From: Frankiales bacterium
Lineage (GTDB): Bacteria > Actinomycetota > Actinomycetes > Mycobacteriales > SCTD01
Direction: 5' to 3'
Length of the DNA: 37,019 bases
NCBI GenBank assembly: GCA_043740815.1
Contig: JAYUBO010000219.1
Span: 1-37,019 of the forward strand
Within the stretch, counting starts at the first letter, position 1; the number at the start of each line of letters is the position of its first letter. The position numbers and the translations under genes are program-made. Shown piece after piece: positions 26,116 to 37,019 of the stretch. A model generated the notes under the pieces. That model was not told the DNA's origin, searched no databases, and was given only the letters and a program-made list of their open reading frames with translations.

Positions 26116-27060
26116 ATGTACGACTGGCCCTCCGCCGTCGGCCTCGCGTCCGGGCTCGGTCTGGACGCGCTGCTGGCCGACCCTCGACGTGGGCATCCGG
26201 TCGCCGCCTTCGGCACCCTCGCCGGGGCGACGGAACGCGTGGTGCACCGCGACTCGCGCGCGGTCGGCGCCGCCTACGCGTTGGTCCTGACGGGAGGCAC
26301 CGCCCTGGCCGGCGCCCGCATATCCCGAAGGATGCGACGACCCGGCGGCCGAGCCGCTCTCACGGCTCTGGCGACCTGGGCCGTCGTCGGCGGGACGTCG
26401 TTGCGGCGCGAGGCCGCCACGATGCACGGTCTGCTCGAGGCCGAGGACCTCGAAGGGGCCCGGGCGCGACTCTCGCACCTGTGTGGCCGCGACCCGTCGC
26501 AGCTCGACGTCGCCGGGCTGGCCCGTGCCACGGTCGAGTCGGTCGCCGAGAACACCTCTGACGCGGTCGTCGGACCGCTGGTCTGGGGAGCCGTTGCCGG
26601 GGTGCCTGGCCTGCTGGCCTATCGGGTGGTGAACACGCTGGACGCGATGGTCGGGCACCGCTCGCCCCGCTACGCCCGCTTCGGCTGGGCCGCGGCCCGC
26701 CTGGACGACCTCGCCAACCTCGCGCCCGCCCGGCTCACTGCCGGCCTGACTGTCCTGCTGGCACCGCTCGTGGGTGGCCGACCGTCGGCGGCGGCCCGGT
26801 CCTGGCGCCGGGACGGCCACAAGCACCCCTCACCCAACGCCGGTCCGGTCGAGGCGGCCTTCGCCGGTGCCCTGGGGCGCACCCTGGGTGGACGGCTGGC
26901 CTACAGCGGACGGGTCGAGGAGCGGCCGTTACTGGGCGACGGACCCGCGCCCACGGTCGACGACATCGTTCGAGCCGCCCGGCTGTCGGCGGCGGTGTCG
27001 GTGGCTGCAGGCGGGCTCGCGGCGGCCACTGCGTACCTCGTTCGCAGGACCCGTCCGTGA
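26116..27060 (+). CDS. cobD: Adenosylcobinamide-phosphate synthase CobD/CbiB
   Basis: [58 protein letters not shown]; TAGGCT -10 box 7 nt before the ATG. Confidence 0.95.
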   Translation: MYDWPSAVGLASGLGLDALLADPRRGHPVAAFGTLAGATERVVHRDSRAVGAAYALVLTGGTALAGARISRRMRRPGGRAALTALATWAVVGGTSLRREAATMHGLLEAEDLEGARARLSHLCGRDPSQLDVAGLARATVESVAENTSDAVVGPLVWGAVAGVPGLLAYRVVNTLDAMVGHRSPRYARFGWAAARLDDLANLAPARLTAGLTVLLAPLVGGRPSAAARSWRRDGHKHPSPNAGPVEAAFAGALGRTLGGRLAYSGRVEERPLLGDGPAPTVDDIVRAARLSAAVSVAAGGLAAATAYLVRRTRP

Positions 27061-28553
27061 CGGGGTCCTCGGTGCGGGGGGCGTTGCTCGTGGCGGGTAC
27101 GACGTCGGATGCGGGAAAGTCCGTCCTCACTGCGGGCCTGTGTCGCTGGCTGGCGCGCCAGGGGGTGAAGGTGGCGCCGTACAAGGCCCAGAACATGTCG
27201 TTGAACTCGGCCGTGACAGTCGACGGGGCCGAGATCGGCCGAGCCCAGGCTGTGCAGGCTGCCGCGGCCGGCATCGCACCCGAGGCCGCCATGAACCCGG
27301 TGCTGCTGAAGCCTGGGTCCGACAGCACCTCGCAGGTCGTCGTCCTCGGCAAGCCGTACGCGAACGTCACCGCCGTGTCCTACCGCGAGCACAAAGCCGC
27401 TCTGCTCGAGGTCGCCCTGGACTGCCTCGCCGACCTGCGCTCCCGCTTCGACGTCGTGATCTGCGAGGGCGCCGGGTCGCCGGCCGAGATCAACCTGCGG
27501 GCTACCGACATCGCCAACATGGGGCTGGCCCGCGCTGCCTCGCTGCCTGTGATCGTCGTCGGTGACATCAATCCCGGTGGCGTCTTCGCCGGGCTGTTCG
27601 GGACCCTCGCGCTGCTGTCGCGCGAGGACCAGGCGCTGGTCTGCGGCTTCGTCGTCAACAAGTTCCGGGGGGACCCGGCCCTGCTCGCGCCCGGCCTCGA
27701 CATGCTGCTCGGGCTGACCGGTCGTCCGACTCTCGGCGTCATCCCCTGGACGGAGGGCCTGGAGCTCGACGTCGAGGACTCGCTCGGGCTGTCCGCCCCG
27801 GTCGCGCCCCTGCCCGCGGTGGGTCGCGACGTGCTGCGCATCTCGGTGATCCGGCTCCCGCGCCTGTCCAACTGGACCGACATCGACGCGCTGCGCACCG
27901 AGCCGGGCGTCCTGGTCCGCTTTGCGACCACCCCCGAGGAGCTCGCCGACGCCGACCTCGTCATCGTGCCGGGCACCCGGCAGACCGTCGCTGACCTCGC
28001 GTGGCTTCGCGACCGTGGGCTCGACGTGGCCCTGGTGCGTCGAGAAGGCCCGATCCTGGGCATCTGTGGGGGTTTCCAGATGCTTGGTACGTCGATCACC
28101 GACGGCGTCGAGTCCGGTGTGGGGGAGGTCCGCGGCCTGGACCTGTTGCCGGTCCGGACGGTGTTCGGCACCGAGAAGGTGCTGTCCCGGCCGGTCGGCA
28201 GCTGGCGCGGTCAGCTCGTGGACACCGCCTACGAGATCCATCACGGCCTGATCACCGCGACCGCCGGCGAGGCGTTCCTGGACGGGGTCCGGGTGGGCGC
28301 CGTCTGCGGCACCGTCTGGCACGGGGCGCTCGAGTCCGACGGCTTCCGGCGCACCTATCTGTCGGAGGTCGCCGCCCTTGTCGGCCGCGCCTGGGAGCCG
28401 GGAACGGTGGCGTTCGAGGACGTCCGACAGGCCCGCCTGGACCTGCTCGGCGACGCCGTTGCCAACTACCTGGACACCGACGCGGTCCTGCGGCTGCTGG
28501 CTGACGGGGCCCCTGGCGGCCTGCCGTTCGTGCCACCGGGCGCACCAGCCTGA
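27057..28553 (+). CDS. cobQ: Cobyric acid synthase
   Basis: [58 protein letters not shown]; GTGA overlap with cobD. Confidence 0.96.
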   Translation: MTGSSVRGALLVAGTTSDAGKSVLTAGLCRWLARQGVKVAPYKAQNMSLNSAVTVDGAEIGRAQAVQAAAAGIAPEAAMNPVLLKPGSDSTSQVVVLGKPYANVTAVSYREHKAALLEVALDCLADLRSRFDVVICEGAGSPAEINLRATDIANMGLARAASLPVIVVGDINPGGVFAGLFGTLALLSREDQALVCGFVVNKFRGDPALLAPGLDMLLGLTGRPTLGVIPWTEGLELDVEDSLGLSAPVAPLPAVGRDVLRISVIRLPRLSNWTDIDALRTEPGVLVRFATTPEELADADLVIVPGTRQTVADLAWLRDRGLDVALVRREGPILGICGGFQMLGTSITDGVESGVGEVRGLDLLPVRTVFGTEKVLSRPVGSWRGQLVDTAYEIHHGLITATAGEAFLDGVRVGAVCGTVWHGALESDGFRRTYLSEVAALVGRAWEPGTVAFEDVRQARLDLLGDAVANYLDTDAVLRLLADGAPGGLPFVPPGAPA

Positions 28554-28584
28554 GCCACCGACTCCGTAGCCGGGGCCCCTTGGC

Positions 28585-30141
28585 TCAGCCGGCGACGCTC
28601 TCCTTGAGAGAGGCGGCGGCCTGCTCCGGGCTGAGCCGGATGAGCAGGGTGCAGACCACGGCGGCGGAGGCCAAGAAGGCCGCGCCCACCACGAAGCCGA
28701 CGCTCCAACCGGACACCAGGGCGTCGTTGACCTTCGCGCTGAGCTGTTGCAGGGCCGGCGTGAACGAGTGCGTCGCCGCCGCCTGTTGGAGCTGGCCTTG
28801 GGCCTGCTCGATGCCCGGCAGGATCCCCTTGGTCTTGGAGCTGCTGACGGCGGTGAGGATGGCGAGGCCCAGGGCGCCGCCGACCTGCTGACCGGCGTTG
28901 AGCAGCGCTGACGCGATGCCGGCGTCGTCGGGGTCGACCCCCGCCACGGCGGCGCTGGTCAGTGCCACGAAGGTGAAGCCCATGCCGCCGGCGACCAGCG
29001 CCAACGACGGAAGGATCGTGCCGAGGTAGGACGAGTCCGGCTGAAGGCGCAGGCCCAGCGAAAGCAGCCCGCTGGCGGCGAGCAGTGGACCGACGGTCAG
29101 CAGCGGCCGCGGGCCGATCCTGCCGAGCAGCTGCGAGCCGATGCCGGCCCCGACGCCGATGAGCACGGTCATGGGTAGGAAGGCCAGGCCCGCCTTGATG
29201 GGGGAGTAACCGTTGATGACCTGCATCCACAAGATCAGGAAGAAGAAGATCGCGAAGATCCCGGCGCCGACCAACAGGGCACCGATGTCGGCGCCCCTCA
29301 CGCTCCGGGACTGGAACAGCCGGAACGGCACGAGCGGGGTGGCGCTGCGCAGCTGCACGAGGACGAAGCTGACCAGCAGGACCACGGCAACCACGAGGGT
29401 GGCCACGGTCTGGAAGGAGCCCCAGCCCGCATCGTTGCCCTTGACGAGCGCGTAGACCAGCGCCATCAGGCCTCCGGTGACCAGCACCGCACCGGGGATG
29501 TCGAAGCCCTGTGCTCGCTCGTCCTTGCTCTCCGGCACGAACCGGAGCGCGCCGACGACGGCGACGACGGCGATCGGCACGTTGACGAACAGCACCCAGC
29601 GCCAGGAGGCGTACTCCGTCAGCACGCCACCGAGGATGAGCCCGAGGGCCGCGCCCCCGGCAGTGATGGCTGCCCAGATGCCCAGTGCCCGGTTGCGCTC
29701 CTCGCCTTCTTTGAACACGACGGTGAGAAGCGACAACGCGGCAGGGGACATGAGCGCCCCGCCGATGCCCTGCAGCGCTCGGGCGGCGATGAGCAGCCCG
29801 AGGCTGCCGGACAGGCCGCCCATCATCGAGGCCACGGCGAACAGCACCGCTCCGCCCATGAAGACGGTCCGTCGACCGACCCGGTCGGCAATCTTGCCGC
29901 CGAGCAGCAGGAAGCCGCCGAAGGTCAGGGTGTAGGCGGTGACGATCCACGACAGGTCGCTGTTGGACCGCACGTGCAAAGACGTGGCGATGTCCGGCAG
30001 GGCGACGTTCACGATGGTGGCGTCCAGGACGACCATGAGCTGGGCAATGGCCACGGTGAGCAGGGCGAGGCCCTTGTGGACCTCCCTCCCGTCGGCGTGC
30101 GTGAGGTCCGGACGGCCGGCCTGTGCCTCGGTGAAAGCCAT
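28585..30141 (-). CDS. DHA2-family (EmrB/QacA-like, 14-TM) MFS efflux transporter
   Basis: LDATIVNVALP, WIVTAYTL, GGKIADRVGRR, ARALQGIGGA, WRWVLFVNVPI; SD GAGGGG. Confidence 0.93.
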   Translation of the reverse strand: MAFTEAQAGRPDLTHADGREVHKGLALLTVAIAQLMVVLDATIVNVALPDIATSLHVRSNSDLSWIVTAYTLTFGGFLLLGGKIADRVGRRTVFMGGAVLFAVASMMGGLSGSLGLLIAARALQGIGGALMSPAALSLLTVVFKEGEERNRALGIWAAITAGGAALGLILGGVLTEYASWRWVLFVNVPIAVVAVVGALRFVPESKDERAQGFDIPGAVLVTGGLMALVYALVKGNDAGWGSFQTVATLVVAVVLLVSFVLVQLRSATPLVPFRLFQSRSVRGADIGALLVGAGIFAIFFFLILWMQVINGYSPIKAGLAFLPMTVLIGVGAGIGSQLLGRIGPRPLLTVGPLLAASGLLSLGLRLQPDSSYLGTILPSLALVAGGMGFTFVALTSAAVAGVDPDDAGIASALLNAGQQVGGALGLAILTAVSSSKTKGILPGIEQAQGQLQQAAATHSFTPALQQLSAKVNDALVSGWSVGFVVGAAFLASAAVVCTLLIRLSPEQAAASLKESVAG

Positions 30142-30168
30142 GTTGAGTTCCCCTCTTGGTGCATTGGC

Positions 30169-30214
30169 TCAACGACCGTAGACCCTTGCGTGGTGAACGG
30201 TCAACGGTTGTAGA
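30169..30214. promoter_or_regulatory. Two putative TetR operators in the divergent MFS/TetR intergenic region
   Basis: TCAACGACCGTAGA (30169-30182) and TCAACGGTTGTAGA (30201-30214) are near-palindromes of TCAACG-N2-CGTTGA; the second overlaps the TAGAGT -10 box. Confidence 0.6.
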
Positions 30215-30223
30215 GTGACGTCT

Positions 30224-30877
30224 GTGACACCGACGTCCCCTCCGCCCAACAGCCTGCCGCCGGCCTCTGACAGTTCGGTCGCCCAGCCGCCGCTCCCGGC
30301 CGTACCGGTGGCCGTTCCACGGGAAGAGCGCCGCCGTCGTACCGAGGCTGCGATCTTGGAGGCGGCCAGGGAGCAGTTCGCCGAGCAGGGTTTCGAGCGC
30401 ACCACGATCCGGTCGGTCGCGGCTGCGGCCGGCGTCGACCCCGCCCTGGTGATGCAGCACTTCAAGAACAAGGAGGGGCTGTTCGGCGCGTCCGCCCGGT
30501 GGCACGTCGACCACAAAAAGCTGTCGGAGGCCACCCTGGGGGACGTTCCCCGGACGGCCCTGGACGACTTGTTCGCCGGCTTCGAGGACCCCACCCGCCG
30601 CGACAGTGCGATCGCCCTGCTCAGGAACTGCCTCACCCATGAGGCTGCCCTTGACGTCATGCGCGAACAGGTGATGTGCGAGCCGCAGGCCATGGTGGCC
30701 GCGACCATCGGTGGCGAGCAGGGCGAGCTGCGGGCTGGCTTGCTGGGCGCCACCATGATCGGCATCACGATCGCGAAATACCTGCTGAAGATCCCGGTCG
30801 TCGCCGGGGCTTCCCGCGAGCAGATCGAGCAGATCATGACGCCGGTCCTGCAGGCCCTGGTGGACCCGGAGCGCTAG
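30224..30877 (+). CDS. TetR-family transcriptional regulator
   Basis: AILEAAREQFAEQGFERTTIRSVAAAAGVDPALVMQHFKNKEGLF HTH; GTG 30224 lies 7 nt after TAGAGT (alternative start 30215). Confidence 0.93.
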   Translation: MTPTSPPPNSLPPASDSSVAQPPLPAVPVAVPREERRRRTEAAILEAAREQFAEQGFERTTIRSVAAAAGVDPALVMQHFKNKEGLFGASARWHVDHKKLSEATLGDVPRTALDDLFAGFEDPTRRDSAIALLRNCLTHEAALDVMREQVMCEPQAMVAATIGGEQGELRAGLLGATMIGITIAKYLLKIPVVAGASREQIEQIMTPVLQALVDPER

Positions 30878-30907
30878 GCCGGTTTGACACCTGTGGACAC
30901 TATCCAG

Positions 30908-33900
30908 GTGCTGCTGATGCTCTCTACCGCCGACACCGACCTGCTGGCCGCCGGTGCGATCACCGACCCCGCGCTGCCCGTTCGCCTGGGCAACCCGGCC
31001 CGCCTCGACGCTCCGGTCGACCTCGACGGAGTCTCCCTCGTCGTGGTGCGGCTGCTCGGCGGCCGACGGGCCTGGGAGGGCCTCGACGACCTGCTCGCCA
31101 GGGCCCGGGTCCCGGTCGTGCTGCTGGGGGGCGAGGGCCTGGACGCCGAGCTCACGGCCCTGTCGACCGTGCCCCCTGGCGTCGTGTCCGAGGCCGCCGC
31201 CTACTTCCGGGAGGGGGGTGTCGACAACCTGCGCGAGCTGGTGGCGTTCTTGTCCGACACCGTGCTGCTGACCGGCAACGGCTTCGCCGCGCCGGTGAGC
31301 CTTCCCGCGTACGGCGTGCACGGCACGCGCCCGAGGGCCGCCGACCGCCCGACGGTGGGCGTCGTGTTCTACCGGGCGCATGAACTGTCCGGGAACACGG
31401 CCTTCGTCGACGTCCTCTGCGACGCCCTTGAGGCGCGAGGCGCCAATGCCCTCCCGATCTACGTCGGATCCCTTCGCCCGGACGCCGAGGGTCGCATCCC
31501 GGCGGTCAGCGAGCTGCTGGCGGGCCAGGTCGACGCGCTGGTCGTCACCGTCCTGGCCGGTGGCGGCTCGAACGCCGCGGACGCCGAGGGCTGGGATGCG
31601 CGGGCGCTCGAAGCCCTCGACGTACCCGTGCTGCAGGCGCTGTGCGTCACGAGCAGCCGGCGGGAGTGGGAGCACTCGGCCGCGGGGCTTGCGCCGATCG
31701 ACGCCGCCATGCAGGTCGCGATCCCGGAGTTCGACGGGCGGCTGATCACCGTGCCGTTCTCCTTCAAGGAGCAGGGCGCCGACGGCGTACCGGTCTATGT
31801 CGCCGACGCCGAACGGGCCGGCCGGGTGGCCGGCGTGGCCGTGGCCCACGCCCGGCTGCGTTACACGCCGAACGCGGACAAGAAGATCGCGTTGGTCCTG
31901 TCGAGCTACCCGACCAAGCACGCCAGGGTCGGCAACGCCGTCGGTCTGGACACCCCTGCCTCCGCCGTGCTCCTGCTTCAGGCGATGGCAGCCGCCGGCT
32001 ACGACGTCGGAGACCCGCCGACCGACGGCGACCAGCTGATCCACACCCTGATCGCGGCCGGTGGTCACGACGTCGAGTGGCTCACCGAAGACCAGCTGTC
32101 GGCGGCCGTCGCGCGCGTGCCGCTGTCGTCCTACCAGCGCTGGTTTGCCGAGCTGCCAGGTGAGCTTCGGGCCAGGATGACCGAGCACTGGGGTCCGGCT
32201 CCCGGCAGCCTGTACGTCTCTGGCTCGGGTGCCGACGCCGCCATCGCCCTGGCCGCCCTGCAGTACGGCAACGTTGTGCTGGCCATCCAGCCGCCTCGCG
32301 GGTTCGGCGACAACCCGATCGCCATCTACCACGATCCCGACCTGCCGCCGAGCCACCACTACCTGGCGACCTACCGCTGGCTGGCACAGGAGTTCGGGGC
32401 CGACGCCGTCATCCACCTCGGCAAGCACGGGACGCTGGAGTGGCTGCCCGGCAAGGGACTCGGGCTCTCCGCGTCGTGCGCTTCCGACGCCGTCCTGGGG
32501 GACCTGCCACTGTTCTATCCGTTCATCGTCAACGACCCCGGCGAGGGGACGCAGGCCAAGCGCCGCGGCCACGCGACCGTCATCGACCATCTCGTGCCGC
32601 CGATGGCGCGGGCCGAGACCTATGACGAGATGGCCCGCCTGGAGCACCTGCTCGATGAGTACGCCACCGTCCAGGCGCTCGACCCGGCGAAGGTGCCGGT
32701 GCTGCAGGCACAGATCTGGGAGGTCGTCACGGCCGCGCAGCTGCACCACGACCTGCACGTGTCCGAGTCGCCTGACACCAAGGAGTTCGACGAGTTCGTG
32801 CTGCACCTCGACGGCTACCTGTGCGAGGTCAAGGACGTGCTGATCCGCGACGGGCTGCACATCCTGGGCCAGCCACCGGTGGAGGACTCGCTGGTCAACC
32901 TGGTGCTGGGCATCCTGCGCGCGCAGCAGACCTGGGGCGGAGCAACCGGCGCGGTCCCTGGGCTGAGGCGGGTTCTCGGGCAGGCCTATGGGATCGCCGA
33001 GGACGACCGGGTCGGGTCCGACCAGCTCGAGACCCTCGCGCGTGCTCTGGTCGAGGGCGTCGCGGCCAACGACTGGTCCGGTGCGGCCGAGGTCGCCTCG
33101 GCTGTCCTGGACCGGGAGGTCCCTGGCGCGGTGGCCTCACTGGAGTTCGCGTGCACCGAGGTCGTTCCGCGGCTACGCCGGACCACGGACGAGATCGACA
33201 ACCTGCTGCACGGGCTGTCCGGTGGGTTCGTCCCCGCTGGACCCTCCGGGTCGCCCACTCGCGGCCTTGTGGGGGTCCTCCCGACCGGCCGCAACTTCTA
33301 CTCCGTCGACCCCAAGGCGATCCCGTCCAAGAACGCCTGGGATACCGGGGTCGCGCTCGGCGACTCGCTGCTCGCCCGTTACGTCGCCGACCACGGTGAG
33401 TACCCGGCCTCGGTCGGGCTCGTCGTGTGGGGAACCTCCGCGATGCGGACCGCCGGCGATGACATCGCCGAGGCCTTATGGCTGCTCGGTGTGAAGCCGG
33501 TGTGGGACACCGCGTCCCGGCGCGTCACGGGGCTCGAGGTCGTGCCCGCTGCCGAGCTGGGCCGACCCCGGATCGACGTCACCTTGCGGATCAGCGGCTT
33601 CTTCCGCGACGCCTTCCCGCACGTGGTCACCCTGCTCGACGACGCGGTCCGGTTGGTGGCTGTTCTCGACGAGCCGGCCAACTTCGTGTGGGAGCACGTG
33701 CAGGCCGATGTCGTCTCCGGCGTCGAGGAACGGCGGGCTACTGCCCGCATCTTTGGCTCCAAACCCGGTGCCTACGGCGCCGGCCTGCTGCCGCTGATCG
33801 ACTCGCGGGACTGGAAGACCGACGCCGACCTGGCTGAGGTCTACGCGGTGTGGGGCGGCTACGCCTACGGCACCGGACTGGACGGTACGTCCGCCCGTCG

Positions 33901-34459
33901 CGATATGGAGCGGGTCTACACCCGGGTCCGCGTCGCCGCGAAGAATCAGGACACGCGCGAGCACGACATCGTCGACTCCGATGACTACTTCCAGTACCAC
34001 GGCGGGATGGTGGCGGCCGTCCGCGCCCTGACGGGGGAGTCGCCCGAGGCCTACGTCGGTGACTCGGCGATCCCCGACACGGTCAGGACCCGCACCCTGC
34101 AGGAGGAGACCCACCGGGTCTTTCGCGCCAGGGTGGTCAACCCGCGGTGGATCGCTGCGATGCAGCGGCACGGCTACAAAGGTGCCTTCGAGATGGCAGC
34201 GACCGTGGACTACCTGTTCGGGTACGACGCGACGGCGGGCGTCGTCGAGGACTGGATGTACGACAAGCTCACCACCGAGTACGTCTTCGACGAGACCAAC
34301 CGGGCCTTCATGAAAAAGAGCAACCCGTGGGCGCTGCGCGGCATCGCTGAGCGGCTCCTGGAAGCCGTCGACCGCGGGCTGTGGGCCGACCCGTCGAAGG
34401 AGGCTCTCGACGGGCTGAAGGCGACGTACCTGGAGCTGGAGGGCGACCTCGAGGGCTGA
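30908..34459 (+). CDS. cobN: Cobaltochelatase subunit CobN
   Basis: LSTADTDLL N-terminus, QVAIPEFDGR, YHDPDLPPSHHY, HLGKHGTLEWLPGK, SGSPTRG, PTGRNFY, ISGFFRDAF, HGYKGAFE; start could also be 30884 or 30893. Confidence 0.96.
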   Translation: MLLMLSTADTDLLAAGAITDPALPVRLGNPARLDAPVDLDGVSLVVVRLLGGRRAWEGLDDLLARARVPVVLLGGEGLDAELTALSTVPPGVVSEAAAYFREGGVDNLRELVAFLSDTVLLTGNGFAAPVSLPAYGVHGTRPRAADRPTVGVVFYRAHELSGNTAFVDVLCDALEARGANALPIYVGSLRPDAEGRIPAVSELLAGQVDALVVTVLAGGGSNAADAEGWDARALEALDVPVLQALCVTSSRREWEHSAAGLAPIDAAMQVAIPEFDGRLITVPFSFKEQGADGVPVYVADAERAGRVAGVAVAHARLRYTPNADKKIALVLSSYPTKHARVGNAVGLDTPASAVLLLQAMAAAGYDVGDPPTDGDQLIHTLIAAGGHDVEWLTEDQLSAAVARVPLSSYQRWFAELPGELRARMTEHWGPAPGSLYVSGSGADAAIALAALQYGNVVLAIQPPRGFGDNPIAIYHDPDLPPSHHYLATYRWLAQEFGADAVIHLGKHGTLEWLPGKGLGLSASCASDAVLGDLPLFYPFIVNDPGEGTQAKRRGHATVIDHLVPPMARAETYDEMARLEHLLDEYATVQALDPAKVPVLQAQIWEVVTAAQLHHDLHVSESPDTKEFDEFVLHLDGYLCEVKDVLIRDGLHILGQPPVEDSLVNLVLGILRAQQTWGGATGAVPGLRRVLGQAYGIAEDDRVGSDQLETLARALVEGVAANDWSGAAEVASAVLDREVPGAVASLEFACTEVVPRLRRTTDEIDNLLHGLSGGFVPAGPSGSPTRGLVGVLPTGRNFYSVDPKAIPSKNAWDTGVALGDSLLARYVADHGEYPASVGLVVWGTSAMRTAGDDIAEALWLLGVKPVWDTASRRVTGLEVVPAAELGRPRIDVTLRISGFFRDAFPHVVTLLDDAVRLVAVLDEPANFVWEHVQADVVSGVEERRATARIFGSKPGAYGAGLLPLIDSRDWKTDADLAEVYAVWGGYAYGTGLDGTSARRDMERVYTRVRVAAKNQDTREHDIVDSDDYFQYHGGMVAAVRALTGESPEAYVGDSAIPDTVRTRTLQEETHRVFRARVVNPRWIAAMQRHGYKGAFEMAATVDYLFGYDATAGVVEDWMYDKLTTEYVFDETNRAFMKKSNPWALRGIAERLLEAVDRGLWADPSKEALDGLKATYLELEGDLEG

Positions 34460-34488
34460 TTACCCCACGTGCACGCCCTCACCACCGT

Positions 34489-34554
34489 CTGACCCCCCTT
34501 TGGCTCAAATCCACACGACCCAGGCCGTGTGGATTTGAGCCAAAGGGGGGTCAG
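34489..34554. repeat. Perfect 29-bp inverted repeat with 8-nt spacer (bidirectional terminator and/or REP/MITE-like element)
   Basis: CTGACCCCCCTTTGGCTCAAATCCACACG (34489-34517), ACCCAGGC, exact reverse complement (34526-34554); lies between convergent cobN and DUF779 genes. Confidence 0.9.
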
Positions 34555-34565
34555 GGGCCCTGAGG

Positions 34566-34966
34566 TCAGGTGAGGGAGGGGGCGTCGCGGTCGCCGGTAC
34601 GCGGCGGCCCCTCGGCTTCCAGCAGCGCCTGCTCGGCCTCGTCGTACAGGCGGGAGCGGATCAGGAAGCGAACCCCACGAGGGGCTTCGAGGCTGAACCC
34701 GCTGCCTCGGCCGGGGACGACGTCCACGGTGAGGTGCGTGTGGCTCCAGTACTGGAACTGTGGACCGCTCATGTAGAACGGCGTGTCGTCCACGTCGCCC
34801 AGGTAGACGTCCCGGCTGCCGACCCGGAACTCCGGCCGGGGGTAGCACATCGGGGCGCTGCCGTCGCAGCAGCCGCCCGACTGATGGAACATCAGCGGGC
34901 CGTGTTCGGCCGTCAACGACGCCAGCAGCTCGAGGGCTGCTGGCGTCGCGGCGACTCGCTCGAGGC

Positions 34967-34970
<4 letters not shown>
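34566..34970 (-). CDS. DUF779-family protein; apparent non-canonical start
   Basis: [48 protein letters not shown]; typical location downstream of an aldehyde dehydrogenase. Confidence 0.88.
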
Positions 34971-36484
<1,514 letters not shown>

Positions 36485-36552
36485 GGCTCTGTCCTCCTGC
36501 AAGCGTGACGGCCGCACTGTCGCGAGCCGTGGATGCAACGCTCCGCTGGGAG

Positions 36553-36572
36553 GGTTGGCCCGAGGTTGGCCC
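36553..36572 (-). promoter_or_regulatory. Tandem direct repeat upstream of the aldehyde dehydrogenase (candidate activator site)
   Basis: GGTTGGCCC at 36553-36561 and 36564-36572 (11-bp period; GGGCCAACC on the coding strand). Confidence 0.45.
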
Positions 36573-36573
36573 C

Positions 36574-36589
36574 GCTCCCAGAAGGGAGC
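36574..36589 (-). terminator. Short hairpin after the regulator stop codon
   Basis: GCTCCC-AGAA-GGGAGC (6-bp stem) about 10 nt beyond the stop at 36600; no U-tract. Confidence 0.3.
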
Positions 36590-36599
36590 CGCTCGTGGG

Positions 36600-37019
36600 T
36601 CAGGCCGAGCGGGCGCGGTCGAGTCGGGCCCTCGCGGCGGGCCGGCGCAGGTCGCCGGCGGGCAGCACGTCGACCAGGTGCTGCTGCACCTGCTCGTCGT
36701 ACGGCTGGATGTCGGCGAGCGTCATCGCACTGGTCACGTCGTCGCTGCCCAGGACCGCCGAGCGCAGCGCCACCTCCAGGTAGCGCCGCCACTCCTCGAG
36801 GTCCGGGGACGTGGACTCGGGCAGCAGTGGTCCGCGCACGGCCGCGACCGCCGTCGGGACGTCGCCGGCGTCGAGGGCGCGAAGGGTCCGCTGCAGGTCG
36901 CTGTCCACGGGCACGGTCAGCCGATAGGGACGGGAGCCGACCCCCCCGTCGAGCGCGCTGCGCAGGTGTGACACCTCCGCCTTCAGGGTGGACGTGCTGA
37001 TGGCGGCGTCGCCGTACAG
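36600..37019 (-). CDS. C-terminal part of a transcriptional regulator of the type usually found (with a GAF domain) upstream of actinobacterial aldehyde dehydrogenases; truncated by window end
   Basis: LYGD...[28 protein letters not shown]-like segment, [10 protein letters not shown]; the GAF part lies outside the window and is inferred. Confidence 0.75.
   Translation of the reverse strand: MYGDAAISTSTLKAEVSHLRSALDGGVGSRPYRLTVPVDSDLQRTLRALDAGDVPTAVAAVRGPLLPESTSPDLEEWRRYLEVALRSAVLGSDDVTSAMTLADIQPYDEQVQQHLVDVLPAGDLRRPAARARLDRARSA

Noticed and set aside
24738-26826. 492-aa and 509-aa minus-strand ORFs
   Set aside because: Only the last ~120 aa of the 492-aa ORF is a VOC domain; the rest is antisense to the low-complexity gene and cobD
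28550-28588. CTGAGCCA...TGGCTCAG inverted repeat and CCCCTTGGCTCA similarity to the 34489 palindrome arm
   Set aside because: Only an 8-bp stem with a 23-nt loop and about 12 nt of gapped similarity; within chance expectation
30884-30889. Perfect TTGACA -35 box before cobN
   Set aside because: No -10 hexamer at a 16-18 bp spacing that fits the likely start
28466-32860. 1464-aa minus-strand ORF
   Set aside because: It is antisense to cobN/TetR and out of frame over the MFS gene, with an Arg/Gly-rich composition and no motifs. It is a shadow ORF typical of high-GC DNA.

Overview
High-GC actinobacterial chromosomal window. No rRNA, tRNA, CRISPR or transposase was recognisable. In order: the 3' end of malate synthase G plus a GlcG heme-binding protein; a PAS-GGDEF-EAL gene coupled to a small hypothetical gene; a polyamine-type (Pot/YdcSTUV-like) ABC importer; and a 9-gene minus-strand catabolic operon (M20 amidohydrolase, GntR, alpha/beta hydrolase, OppABCDF-type importer, proline-iminopeptidase-family amidase). 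Divergent from that operon are an uncalled 45-aa ORF (signal peptide plus a short two-cysteine peptide) and a 1941-aa secreted protein with 10 Ig-like repeats, 5 FN3 domains and a basic tail. Then come a SpoIIE/PP2C phosphatase, a VOC protein, a hypothetical CxxC/CxxH protein with a disordered tail, and cobD-cobQ-[MFS/TetR]-cobN. The window ends with a perfect 29-bp inverted repeat and a DUF779-aldehyde dehydrogenase-regulator module. The best candidate for an undescribed system is the 7.8-23.4 kb locus (secreted micro-peptide and giant repeat protein divergent from a peptide-import/amidohydrolase operon); the functional link is inference. All calls come from manual motif reading with no database searches.
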